Origin: an uncultured Thermoleophilia bacterium
GTDB taxonomy: Bacteria > Actinomycetota > Thermoleophilia > UBA2241
Assembly (NCBI GenBank): GCA_964538465.1
Contig: CAZIGT010000002.1
Span: 1-44,122, forward strand
DNA length: 44,122 nt
Reading direction: 5' to 3'
Each line of letters begins with the position of its first letter. Within the stretch, counting starts at the first letter, position 1. Below are positions 1-7,634 of this stretch, in pieces. Both the position numbers and the translations under genes were made by a program. Below the pieces are notes generated by a model. It had not been told where the DNA came from, ran no database searches, and saw only the letters and a program-made list of their open reading frames with translations.

Positions 1-156
1 TCCCGCAGGCCGGCGTTCGCATGAAGGGGCTGCCGAGATCGGGGAGGGTGGTCTGGGAGCATCGGCGATCCCTCTGCGGAAGTCCGGCTGGGCTACTTTA
101 CATAACGAGGATTATCGCGTGTTAGATGTCAGGCTCAGGTCGGCCGTGCCTTCGCG

Positions 157-663
157 TCACCAGAGACAGCCGAGGTACTCCATGGTCGTCGGGATGGAGT
201 CTAGCCAGCGTTCCAGCCTGCCGGCGAACGGGGGCCTTATCTGGAGTGAGGCGAGCTCGTCGGCGGCGAAGAAGCGAGCCTTGAGCACGTGCTGGTCGTA
301 CGGAACGATCTCCTCGACGCTTGCCGGGTGCGGCCATGTGGCGGCGAGCACCACGTGGAGCACGTGCTTGCGGTAGTCGGGGTCCGGAGAGATCGATTCG
401 AGGAGGCCTATGGGATCGCGCGGCGAGATGCGCACGCCCAATTCCTCCTCCACCTCGCGGACGAGCGCTGCGGCGAGCGTCTCGCCGAAGTCCACGCCGC
501 CGCCGGGCAGAAGCCAGTACGGCGGCGCGTCTCGTTCGGCGTCGCGCCGCTGGCAGACAAGGAGCACGCGCGCATCGACAGCGATGAAGGCGGAGACGCG
601 AAGTCGAGGCTGGTGCTCCACCGTCAGCGGGCGATCCGCGACGTTGGGCGTCTGAGGTGACAT
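157..663 (-). CDS. NUDIX family hydrolase
   Basis: 168-aa ORF with Nudix box GGGVDFGETLAAALVREVEEELG; ATG at 663 preceded by GAGGAGG. Confidence 0.85.
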   Translation of the reverse strand: MSPQTPNVADRPLTVEHQPRLRVSAFIAVDARVLLVCQRRDAERDAPPYWLLPGGGVDFGETLAAALVREVEEELGVRISPRDPIGLLESISPDPDYRKHVLHVVLAATWPHPASVEEIVPYDQHVLKARFFAADELASLQIRPPFAGRLERWLDSIPTTMEYLGCLW

Positions 664-845
664 GCGCGGACCTCCTCGCCGGCCATTGCGTTTCGAGTGC
701 CGTTCGGTGCGATGCTATCGCGCTCGGATGCCCATGTGCCCCTGGCCGTTTGGCGAGAGGCGAGCGTTCTGGACATGGCGCCTGGCGACGGGGCTCGGTC
801 GCATGGATGCGTGCGTGCCATCAACTCTTGAGAGCGGTACGAAGA

Positions 846-859
846 CGAACAGGCGTTCG
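846..859. promoter_or_regulatory. LexA/SOS (Cheo-type) box CGAAC-AGGC-GTTCG
   Basis: Exact match to the Gram-positive/actinobacterial LexA operator CGAAC-N4-GTTCG in the 334-nt dut-NUDIX spacer; only exact instance found in my manual scan of the window. Confidence 0.55.
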
Positions 860-917
860 CTCAGCCTGCTCAGGGTTGTTGGACACCGCTGGTGGACGAT
901 GGCTCTGGGGCGGCACA

Positions 918-946
918 GGAGGCCCTTAGGGACGCCGGGAGGCCCT
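918..946. repeat. 9-nt direct repeat GGAGGCCCT x2 in 20-nt register
   Basis: GGAGGCCCT at 918-926 and 938-946 (plus strand), just downstream of the dut stop; function unknown. Confidence 0.5.
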
Positions 947-996
947 CAGCGGCGCTCCCCCCCCGCCCAAGCGACCGTCAAGCGGCGACTGTAGGC

Positions 997-1536
997 TCAC
1001 GGTGCCGAGCCGCCGGCAGCCGCGCCGGGAGCCGGAACCGCGTGGTCGGGGGCGCTGTTGAAGCCGCCGGAAGACCCGAAACCGCGCTTGCCGCGTGATG
1101 TGTCTGTGAGCTCATGGATGGGCTGCAGGCGCACCTGCGTGAGTCCGAGGAACAGGAGTTGGGCGATGCGGTCTCCGGCGCGCACGACGAACGGGGATCG
1201 CGTGTCGGTGTTCAGGAGGATCACGCGCAGCTCGCCGCGGTACCCGGGGTCGATGAGCCCGGGTGAGTTGACGATCGAGATACCGTGCTGGGCGGCGAGG
1301 CCTGATCGTGGGATGGTCAGCGCACACACACCGGCGGGCAACTCCAGGGCGATGCCGGTGCCGACGACGGCGCGGGCCAACGGCTGCAGTGCGTGCTCGT
1401 CGAGAGCGAAGAGGTCGTAGGCGGCGTCGTCGTCGTAGGCGCGCTCGGGCAAGCGGGCGGCCTGGTCCAGGAGCTTGACCCCGACGGCCGGGATCATGGG
1501 GTCGGCGGAGTCGCTACAGGCCTTCATCGGGGTCAC
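997..1536 (-). CDS. dut: dUTP diphosphatase
   Basis: dUTPase motifs AYDLFA, GLIDPGYRGEL, RGKRGFGSSG; GTG at 1536 overlaps the hflX stop (GTGA); alternative ATG at 1497 gives a more typical N-terminus. Confidence 0.9.
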   Translation of the reverse strand: MTPMKACSDSADPMIPAVGVKLLDQAARLPERAYDDDAAYDLFALDEHALQPLARAVVGTGIALELPAGVCALTIPRSGLAAQHGISIVNSPGLIDPGYRGELRVILLNTDTRSPFVVRAGDRIAQLLFLGLTQVRLQPIHELTDTSRGKRGFGSSGGFNSAPDHAVPAPGAAAGGSAP

Positions 1537-2993
1537 GACCCCTCCTCTTCCCCATCGTCGTGGGTGCCATGCGCCTCGACGCAGCTGTCGCGGTCTGAGC
1601 CACGCCCGTTGTCGTCAAATCCCGTGTCGCCGCTGCCGTACGACATTCTCGCGTGCACGCCGGTGTTCCTCGCAGAAGTCGCGTCTGCGGCTGATCGGCG
1701 CACCTGGTACGCGGCGAAGCGGCGCGCCTCGGCCTCCGGCAGGCGCGCGTGGACGAGAATGCCGTCCGGCCCATTCTCCTGGCGGATATCGCTCGCCACC
1801 CCGCGGAGGCGACTGACCACGCCGGCCTCGGTGTAGGGCACCAGCAGCCACACCGGGCGCAGACTACGGCTAAAATAGTCTGCCACGTGGTCGAGCAGAC
1901 CGGGCAGACCCTCGCCGGTGAGAGCCGAGATCTGCACGGAGTCTGGATAGAGGGCCTGGAGGCGCTTGCGCGAGGCGGGCTCGAGGCGGTCCACCTTGTT
2001 GAAGACGAGGAGGCGGGAGACGGCGCCCGAACCGATCATCTCGAGCACCTCGGAGACTGTGTCGAGGTGTGCGCCGATCTCGGCGGTGGGCTGGCTGCCG
2101 TCGGCTATCACCAGGATGAGGTCGGCCACGGTCGTCTCTTCCAGGGTGGACGCGAACGCGTCCACTAGCTGATGAGGCAACTTGCGGATGAAGCCGACCG
2201 TGTCCGTGAGGACGTAGTCGCGGTCGCGGTGGCGGAACGTGCGTGTGGTGGGATCGAGCGTCTCGAAGAGACGGTCGCGCACCGAGACGTCGGCGTTGGT
2301 GATCGCGTTGAGCAGAGTGGACTTGCCGGCGTTCGTGTAGCCGGCGAGGCAGATGAGCGGCAGGTCGGAGCGAAGCCTGCGAGCGCGCTGGGTGCGACGG
2401 GTGCGCGCCATGTGGTCTATGCGGCCGCGGAGCGTCTGGATGCGCTTGCGCACCACGCGACGGTCCACTTCGAGCTTGGTCTCGCCGGGCCCGCGCATGT
2501 CGACGCCGGCACCCAGGCGGGAGAGGATCATGCCCTTGCCGCGCATGCGCGTGAGCTCGTACTCGAGCTGCGCCAGGTGCACCTGCAGCGTGCCCTCGAG
2601 GGTGTTCGCGTGCTTGGAGAAGACCGATAGGATGAGCTCGGTGCGGTCGAGGACGTCGATGTTGTCGACCGCATCGAGAACGGCCGCCACCTGAGCCGGC
2701 GTGAGGTCGTCCTCGCAGACCGCGACCGTCGCCTTCTCCCTAGTCGCGACCTGCGCAAGCTCCTTGAGCTTGCCGGTGTACAGGTACGAGTGAGGGTGGG
2801 GATGGTCGCGGTACTGGACGACCTCGGCGGCCAAGTCGATGTCCGCCGAGGCCAGCAACTCCTTGATCTCGCCGAGCGCCTCTTCGTCTGCCTCGGCGGC
2901 TGCCTGGCCGCCCGGCAGCACCGCGAACACCACGGCGCGCGGGCGCTCGATGGTCCTCGTGTCGTGCAGCTTCTCGCGGGCGTCGCTGGTCAC
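1533..2993 (-). CDS. hflX: GTPase HflX
   Basis: G1 GYTNAGKST, G3 DTVGF, G4 NKVD; HflX N-terminal domain; acidic C-terminal tail. Confidence 0.9.
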   Translation of the reverse strand: MTSDAREKLHDTRTIERPRAVVFAVLPGGQAAAEADEEALGEIKELLASADIDLAAEVVQYRDHPHPHSYLYTGKLKELAQVATREKATVAVCEDDLTPAQVAAVLDAVDNIDVLDRTELILSVFSKHANTLEGTLQVHLAQLEYELTRMRGKGMILSRLGAGVDMRGPGETKLEVDRRVVRKRIQTLRGRIDHMARTRRTQRARRLRSDLPLICLAGYTNAGKSTLLNAITNADVSVRDRLFETLDPTTRTFRHRDRDYVLTDTVGFIRKLPHQLVDAFASTLEETTVADLILVIADGSQPTAEIGAHLDTVSEVLEMIGSGAVSRLLVFNKVDRLEPASRKRLQALYPDSVQISALTGEGLPGLLDHVADYFSRSLRPVWLLVPYTEAGVVSRLRGVASDIRQENGPDGILVHARLPEAEARRFAAYQVRRSAADATSARNTGVHARMSYGSGDTGFDDNGRGSDRDSCVEAHGTHDDGEEEGS

Positions 2994-3039
2994 GTTGGGG
3001 AGCGTAGCGCCGCCCGCGGCAGGCGTCCAGCGGAGGTGG

Positions 3040-4206
3040 TCAAAGCTTGACGCGCTGCTCGATGCGGCGCACGGCCTCCTCCAGCCGTGCGTCGGGGAGC
3101 GTGAGGCTCATGCGGACGTAGCCCTCGCCGGAGGGGCCGTAGGCGGCGCCCGGCGAGACGATGACGTCCGCCTGAGACAGCACCAGATCGGCGAAGCTGC
3201 CGGATGTGTGTCCCTCCGGCACCGGCACCCAGAGGTAGATGGTGGCCTTGGGCGGGTCCGCGTGCAGGCCGATGGTGCGAAGGGCGTCCACCAGCAGGTC
3301 GCGACGTCGCGTATACGTGCGGCACAGCTCACGCACGCTGTCCTGGGGGCCGGTGAGCGCAGCGACCCCGGCAGCCTGCACGGCCCCGAACATCCCGGAG
3401 TCGATGTTCGTCTTCAGCCGCCAATACGCATCGACGACGTCGGGGTTGCCCACGACGGCGCCGATGCGCCAGCCGGTCATGTTGTACGTCTTGGAGAGCG
3501 AGAAGAGTTCGATGCCGACGTCCTTGGCTCCCGGGGTGCTGAGGAAGCTGGGGGCGACGTAGCCGTCGAATGTGATGTCGGCGTAGGCGAGGTCGTGCAC
3601 GACCACGATGTCGTTGCGGCGCGCGAAGTCGACCACCTTGGCGAAGAAGTCGAGGTCGGCGATCGCTCCCGTGGGGTTGTTGGGATAACAGAGGTACATC
3701 ATCTTCGCCCTGGCCAGCACGGCCGGCTCTATGGCGTCCAGATCCGGCTTGAAGTCGAGCGCGGGCACGAGAGGCATGTGGACGGGCTTGCCGCCGGCGA
3801 GCAGTGGACCCGTCGTATAGACAGGGTAGCCCGGGTCGGCAGAGAGGCATATGTCGTCGGTGTCCAGGAGTGCGAGGCAGATGTTGGCCACGCCCTCCTT
3901 CGCGCCCAGCAGGGGCACGATCTCGGTGGCGGTGTCCAGAGTCACTCCGAAGCGGCCGGAGTAGTAAGAGGCGACCGCCTCCCGGAAGGCCACGCTGCCG
4001 CGATTGCTGGGGTACTGGTGGTTGGCCGGGTCGGCCGCGGCGCGCTGGAGCGCAGCGACGATGTGCTCAGGGGTCGGCGTATCCGGGTCGCCGATCCCCA
4101 GGCTGATGATGTCGACGCCGGCGGCGCGCCGCGCGGCCACCTTACGCTCGATCTCGGCGAAGAGATACGGGGGCAGGCTCTCGACTCGCTTGGACAAACG
4201 TGGCAT
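3040..4206 (-). CDS. dapL: LL-diaminopimelate aminotransferase-like class I aminotransferase
   Basis: 388 aa; N-terminus SLPPYLFAEIERK..GVDIISLGIGDPD is typical of DapL-type enzymes; directly upstream of nothing else DAP-related but immediately adjacent to dapF. Confidence 0.7.
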   Translation of the reverse strand: MPRLSKRVESLPPYLFAEIERKVAARRAAGVDIISLGIGDPDTPTPEHIVAALQRAAADPANHQYPSNRGSVAFREAVASYYSGRFGVTLDTATEIVPLLGAKEGVANICLALLDTDDICLSADPGYPVYTTGPLLAGGKPVHMPLVPALDFKPDLDAIEPAVLARAKMMYLCYPNNPTGAIADLDFFAKVVDFARRNDIVVVHDLAYADITFDGYVAPSFLSTPGAKDVGIELFSLSKTYNMTGWRIGAVVGNPDVVDAYWRLKTNIDSGMFGAVQAAGVAALTGPQDSVRELCRTYTRRRDLLVDALRTIGLHADPPKATIYLWVPVPEGHTSGSFADLVLSQADVIVSPGAAYGPSGEGYVRMSLTLPDARLEEAVRRIEQRVKL

Positions 4207-4239
4207 GTGCTCTCCCTGGAACGGACCGTGCGGCTGTGC

Positions 4240-5079
4240 TCAGGCCAACCGGCGGAGGAACTCGCCCGAGCAATCTCCATGGTAGATCTCTTCGGCCGGG
4301 CCGGTCATGAAGACGTGCCAGTCCTTGGTCACCTCGACCAGCAGCGACCCGCCGGGAAGAGTGACGGTGACCGGGCTCCGACAGAGCCCGTTGCGGACGA
4401 GAGCGACGGCCGTGGCGGTGGCTCCAGTGCCGCAGGCCAGGGTCTCCCCCACGCCGCGCTCCCACACCCTGATCTTCGCCGTGTGCTCATCCACCACTGT
4501 GACGAACTCGACATTCGCCCGCCGAGGGAAGTATTTGTGCGTCTCCAGCATGGGGCCGACCTCGTGCAGCGGCACCAGGTCGAGCGGCCACGGAGACTGG
4601 ATGACGCAGTGCGGATTGCCGACGTCGACGAACGTGAAGGTGAAGTTGCGTCCAGCCGCGTGGATGGATTCCGTGACGGCGTCGCCGCCGAAGCCGGCCA
4701 GCTTCTCTCCCCCGAATGAGGCCGTGCCCATGTCGACACGCACCGTGAGGTCGTCGACGAGCGTGGGGACGATCTCACCGGCGGCGGTCTCCAGGACGAC
4801 GGAGTCGGTGTCTATGGAACCCTCCATGCGCAGCTTCCGGGCGACCATGCGCACACCGTTGCCACACATCTCGGCCTCGCTGCCGTCCGGATTGAAGATC
4901 TGCAGGCGGTAGCGGCTCGGGCCGGTCTTCGGACCCACCACCAGGACGCCGTCTGAGCCGATACCGAAGTCGCGATCGCAAAGCAGCTGAACACGCTCCG
5001 GAGTGATGTCCCAGGGCAGCTCTTCACGGTGCAGGACGATGTAGTCGTTGCCCAGACCTTGCCACTTGGAGAACCGCAT
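4240..5079 (-). CDS. dapF: diaminopimelate epimerase
   Basis: 279 aa; MRFSKWQGLGNDY N-terminus and two catalytic-Cys contexts (MCGNG, ACGTG); SD GGGAGG. Confidence 0.92.
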   Translation of the reverse strand: MRFSKWQGLGNDYIVLHREELPWDITPERVQLLCDRDFGIGSDGVLVVGPKTGPSRYRLQIFNPDGSEAEMCGNGVRMVARKLRMEGSIDTDSVVLETAAGEIVPTLVDDLTVRVDMGTASFGGEKLAGFGGDAVTESIHAAGRNFTFTFVDVGNPHCVIQSPWPLDLVPLHEVGPMLETHKYFPRRANVEFVTVVDEHTAKIRVWERGVGETLACGTGATATAVALVRNGLCRSPVTVTLPGGSLLVEVTKDWHVFMTGPAEEIYHGDCSGEFLRRLA

Positions 5080-5177
5080 GGGCTGACCTCCCGTTCATGT
5101 TCTGGTACGTCCGCAGCCGGCGGATACCGTCTGAGATCGCGGGCGGGTACCGGGACCGCGACCTGGAAGCCGCAGTG

Positions 5178-6239
5178 TCAATCCGGCCGACTTCCGCGGG
5201 CGCTCAGCATCGCGGCTATCTGATCGGCGATTTCCGTCGGCGGTCGCCCGGAGACGGGGATTCTAACAGCATCGGGCAGCTTCCTCATCCAGGTGGCCTG
5301 ACGACGGACGAGCCTCCGAGTACGCGCCTGCATGGCGGCGACGGCCTCTTCGAGTGAGCATGAGCCGCGCACGTTGTCTGCCAGTTCGCGGACGCCGATC
5401 GCCTGCAGCACGGTGCGCGCCGCTCCCCCGTGCTTCAGAAGCGCGCGCACCTCGTCGAGAGCGCCGGCGGCGATCATCGCCAGGACGCGCTCATCGACGC
5501 GGGCGCGGAGTTCTTCGCGTTCCGCGTCGAGGGCGAACAGGCGATATGGATGACGTGCCTCGGCGCTCCAGAGCCCGTGTCGCCGGTCTTCTTCGGGCGC
5601 AGCGCTGAGCATGGCCGATTCCAGGGCGCGGATGACGCGGCGCGGGTTGGCGGTGTCGATCCGCGTCGCCGCCGCCGGATCCCGGCGCTCGAGCTCGGCC
5701 ACGAGCGTCGGGAGGCCCTCGGAAGCCAGCCGTTCCTCGAGTCTACGGCGCAGCTCGACCGGAGGCTTGGCCCCGAAGCTCAGGCCGCCGAGGGCGGCGC
5801 GCACGTAGAGGCCGCTGCCGCCCTCGATGATCACCGGTGTTCCGGCCTCGCGCAGCCGGTCGATCACCGAGTGCGCCGCGGCAGCGTACTCGGCCACCGA
5901 GTACTCCCGCGCAGGCTCCACGAATCCCACGAGGTGGTGCGGCACACGCAGCTCCTCGTCGCGCGTGGGCTGGTTGGTGAGGATAGGAAGGCCTGCGTAG
6001 ACCTGCATCGAGTCCGCGACGACTATCTCCGCGCCGAGACGAAGGGCGAGCTCGACGGCGATGGCGGTCTTGCCGAGGGCCGTGGCACCCATGACGACGA
6101 TCAGGGGCGCCTCAGCCCGGCCTCTTGGCCGGCCGTGGTCTTGTGGGCGCCCCTGCTCTTCGGGAGAGATGCCGGTCAAGAGCGAGCGACTGGCGTCACG
6201 GCGCGGACCTGCCGGCTGCCTCGTGCGGATCGTCGTCAT
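5178..6239 (-). CDS. miaA: tRNA dimethylallyltransferase
   Basis: P-loop GATALGKT, VVADSMQVY, LTNQPT; ORF-track start 6392 trimmed to ATG 6239 (still overlaps the AMMECR1 3' end by 44 nt); start uncertain. Confidence 0.85.
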   Translation of the reverse strand: MTTIRTRQPAGPRRDASRSLLTGISPEEQGRPQDHGRPRGRAEAPLIVVMGATALGKTAIAVELALRLGAEIVVADSMQVYAGLPILTNQPTRDEELRVPHHLVGFVEPAREYSVAEYAAAAHSVIDRLREAGTPVIIEGGSGLYVRAALGGLSFGAKPPVELRRRLEERLASEGLPTLVAELERRDPAAATRIDTANPRRVIRALESAMLSAAPEEDRRHGLWSAEARHPYRLFALDAEREELRARVDERVLAMIAAGALDEVRALLKHGGAARTVLQAIGVRELADNVRGSCSLEEAVAAMQARTRRLVRRQATWMRKLPDAVRIPVSGRPPTEIADQIAAMLSARGSRPD

Positions 6240-6798
6240 CCCCCGCCGCCTCACCGCATTCCGGTGCGCCGGCAGGCCGACCGGTGGCGTCGCCCTCCAC
6301 GTAGCGGCGGACGGTGAAGCGCTGGACCGCGAAGGGCTCGTTCGGCGAGATGCCGGCCTTCTGAAGCGCGATTCCCACCTGGCGGGCCACATCGGTGACT
6401 CCGGGCAAATCGGGGAGCAGCACGCCGCGACGCCAGCCAGAGCTCACGATCACGCCGTAGTGAGCGGGGTCGAGGTCGCTGAGCTCGCATTCCTCAGGCC
6501 TCCCAAGTACATCAACGGAGCAGGTGAGGTCCGGCAACTCATCGGCGGTGACCGGCGGGAAGCGCGGATCGTGGAAAGCCGAGCCGTGAGCGTTGCGGGC
6601 AAGCTCGCGTCCCAGGTCCGGCTCCGTCGGTGTGAGCGTGCCGATGCAGCCGCGCAGTTCACCGCGCTTCTTCAACGACACGAAGCAGGCGGCGGGCCGG
6701 GTGTACAACTCTGCCTTCGGCGGCGGCGGAGCCGGCCGTCCTCCGACGTATGCGGCCACGCAGTCGAGAGCGTAGCTGGCAGGCCCTGGGTCCTTCAC
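6196..6798 (-). CDS. AMMECR1 domain protein (AmmeMemoRadiSam protein A-like)
   Basis: AMMECR1 core FVSLKKRGELRGCIGT; start set to GTG 6798, which overlaps the upstream stop (GTGA at 6795-6798). Confidence 0.8.
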   Translation of the reverse strand: MKDPGPASYALDCVAAYVGGRPAPPPPKAELYTRPAACFVSLKKRGELRGCIGTLTPTEPDLGRELARNAHGSAFHDPRFPPVTADELPDLTCSVDVLGRPEECELSDLDPAHYGVIVSSGWRRGVLLPDLPGVTDVARQVGIALQKAGISPNEPFAVQRFTVRRYVEGDATGRPAGAPECGEAAGDDDDPHEAAGRSAP

Positions 6799-7568
6799 GC
6801 ACGCGCTCCGAGATTGAAGCCCGCGACAAGGTAGCCGACGCCGTAGGGGCCCTCGTAGCTGAAGACCTGAGGGTTCACGGCCGCGTCGTCGCCGAGGTAT
6901 CCACCCAGCGCGATCAGCGAGCGCAGGCCGCACTCGCCGGCTCGATCGACGAGGTCCGCGTCCAGGTGCTCGAGCGCGGCGAAGTCCCCCTGTGCCAGGA
7001 GCTCGACTATGCGCTGGTCGAAGGCATGGGCGCGCTCGTCGTAGCCGGCCGGCGCGCCTGGCAGCAAGCGGTGCGACATGTCGCCGGACGCAAGGAACAG
7101 GACCTCGCGGCCCAGACTCTCGCAGGCGGCCCGTACCGTTTCGCCGAGGAGGCGATGCCGACCGTAGTCGACCACAATGGAAAGGACGACGAGACGCTCG
7201 GCGCGAACGAAGTGGAGAGGCACCAGCACACCGTGATCCAACCAGGGGTCGTCGACCGGCCGCACCTGACAGCCTCGGCTCTCCCCCGCCGAGATCAGCG
7301 CGGCGACGAATTCCGGGTCGTTCTCGTACGCCTGACGCACGTGTCCGCAGCCGAAGGCGCTGAAGTCACCCTCCAGGCGTGCCGACGACTTCACTGTGAA
7401 GGCGTCGTGAAAGACAGGCGCGTGCGGCGAGATCGCCACGACGGTGTGCCCGTCGCCGACGGCGGCAGCCAGTTCCTCCATGCCGGCGATGGTGGCCTGC
7501 ACCCGTTCCCGACCACCGCCGATCTCCGGGATGAGAAGCGGCGGATGTGGACAGACGCAACCCTGCAT
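6795..7568 (-). CDS. class III extradiol dioxygenase subunit B-like (LigB/Memo superfamily) protein
   Basis: 257 aa; CPHPPLLIPE, SPHAP, LDHGVLVPL, SGDMSHRL, GECG, PYGVGY resemble LigB/Memo-fold metal-site motifs; ATG preceded by GAGGAGGG. Confidence 0.6.
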   Translation of the reverse strand: MQGCVCPHPPLLIPEIGGGRERVQATIAGMEELAAAVGDGHTVVAISPHAPVFHDAFTVKSSARLEGDFSAFGCGHVRQAYENDPEFVAALISAGESRGCQVRPVDDPWLDHGVLVPLHFVRAERLVVLSIVVDYGRHRLLGETVRAACESLGREVLFLASGDMSHRLLPGAPAGYDERAHAFDQRIVELLAQGDFAALEHLDADLVDRAGECGLRSLIALGGYLGDDAAVNPQVFSYEGPYGVGYLVAGFNLGARA

Positions 7569-7634
7569 GGTCCCTCCTCGCGCCGGGTATCTCCCCGCCG
7601 GGCAAGCAGATACCCCGCCCGGTTCCGGACAAAC

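Noticed and set aside
1-156. Relatively AT-rich patch (about 100-130) and short ORFs at the left edge, as a possible gene start or promoter.
   Set aside because: There is no SD, no domain signal and no clear hairpin/U-tract, and too little sequence before the window edge.
624-824. 66-aa minus-strand ORF downstream of the SOS box as a candidate SOS-induced small protein.
   Set aside because: It has an Arg-rich off-frame-like composition and a weak SD, and it runs into the NUDIX start in another frame. There is no supporting similarity.
957-968. G-quadruplex potential of the G-run downstream of dut.
   Set aside because: Only three tight G-tracts are present. The fourth would need a ~12-nt loop, so the evidence is weak.
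2839-4719. Very long antisense ORFs opposite real genes. Examples: 2839-4719, 6750-8444, 14577-16667, 17827-19500 and 25054-27132 on the plus strand, and 35218-36108 on the minus strand.
   Set aside because: They have Arg/Ala/Gly/Pro-rich, low-complexity translations with no recognisable domains. They lie exactly opposite strongly conserved genes. This is the typical stop-codon depletion of high-GC DNA.
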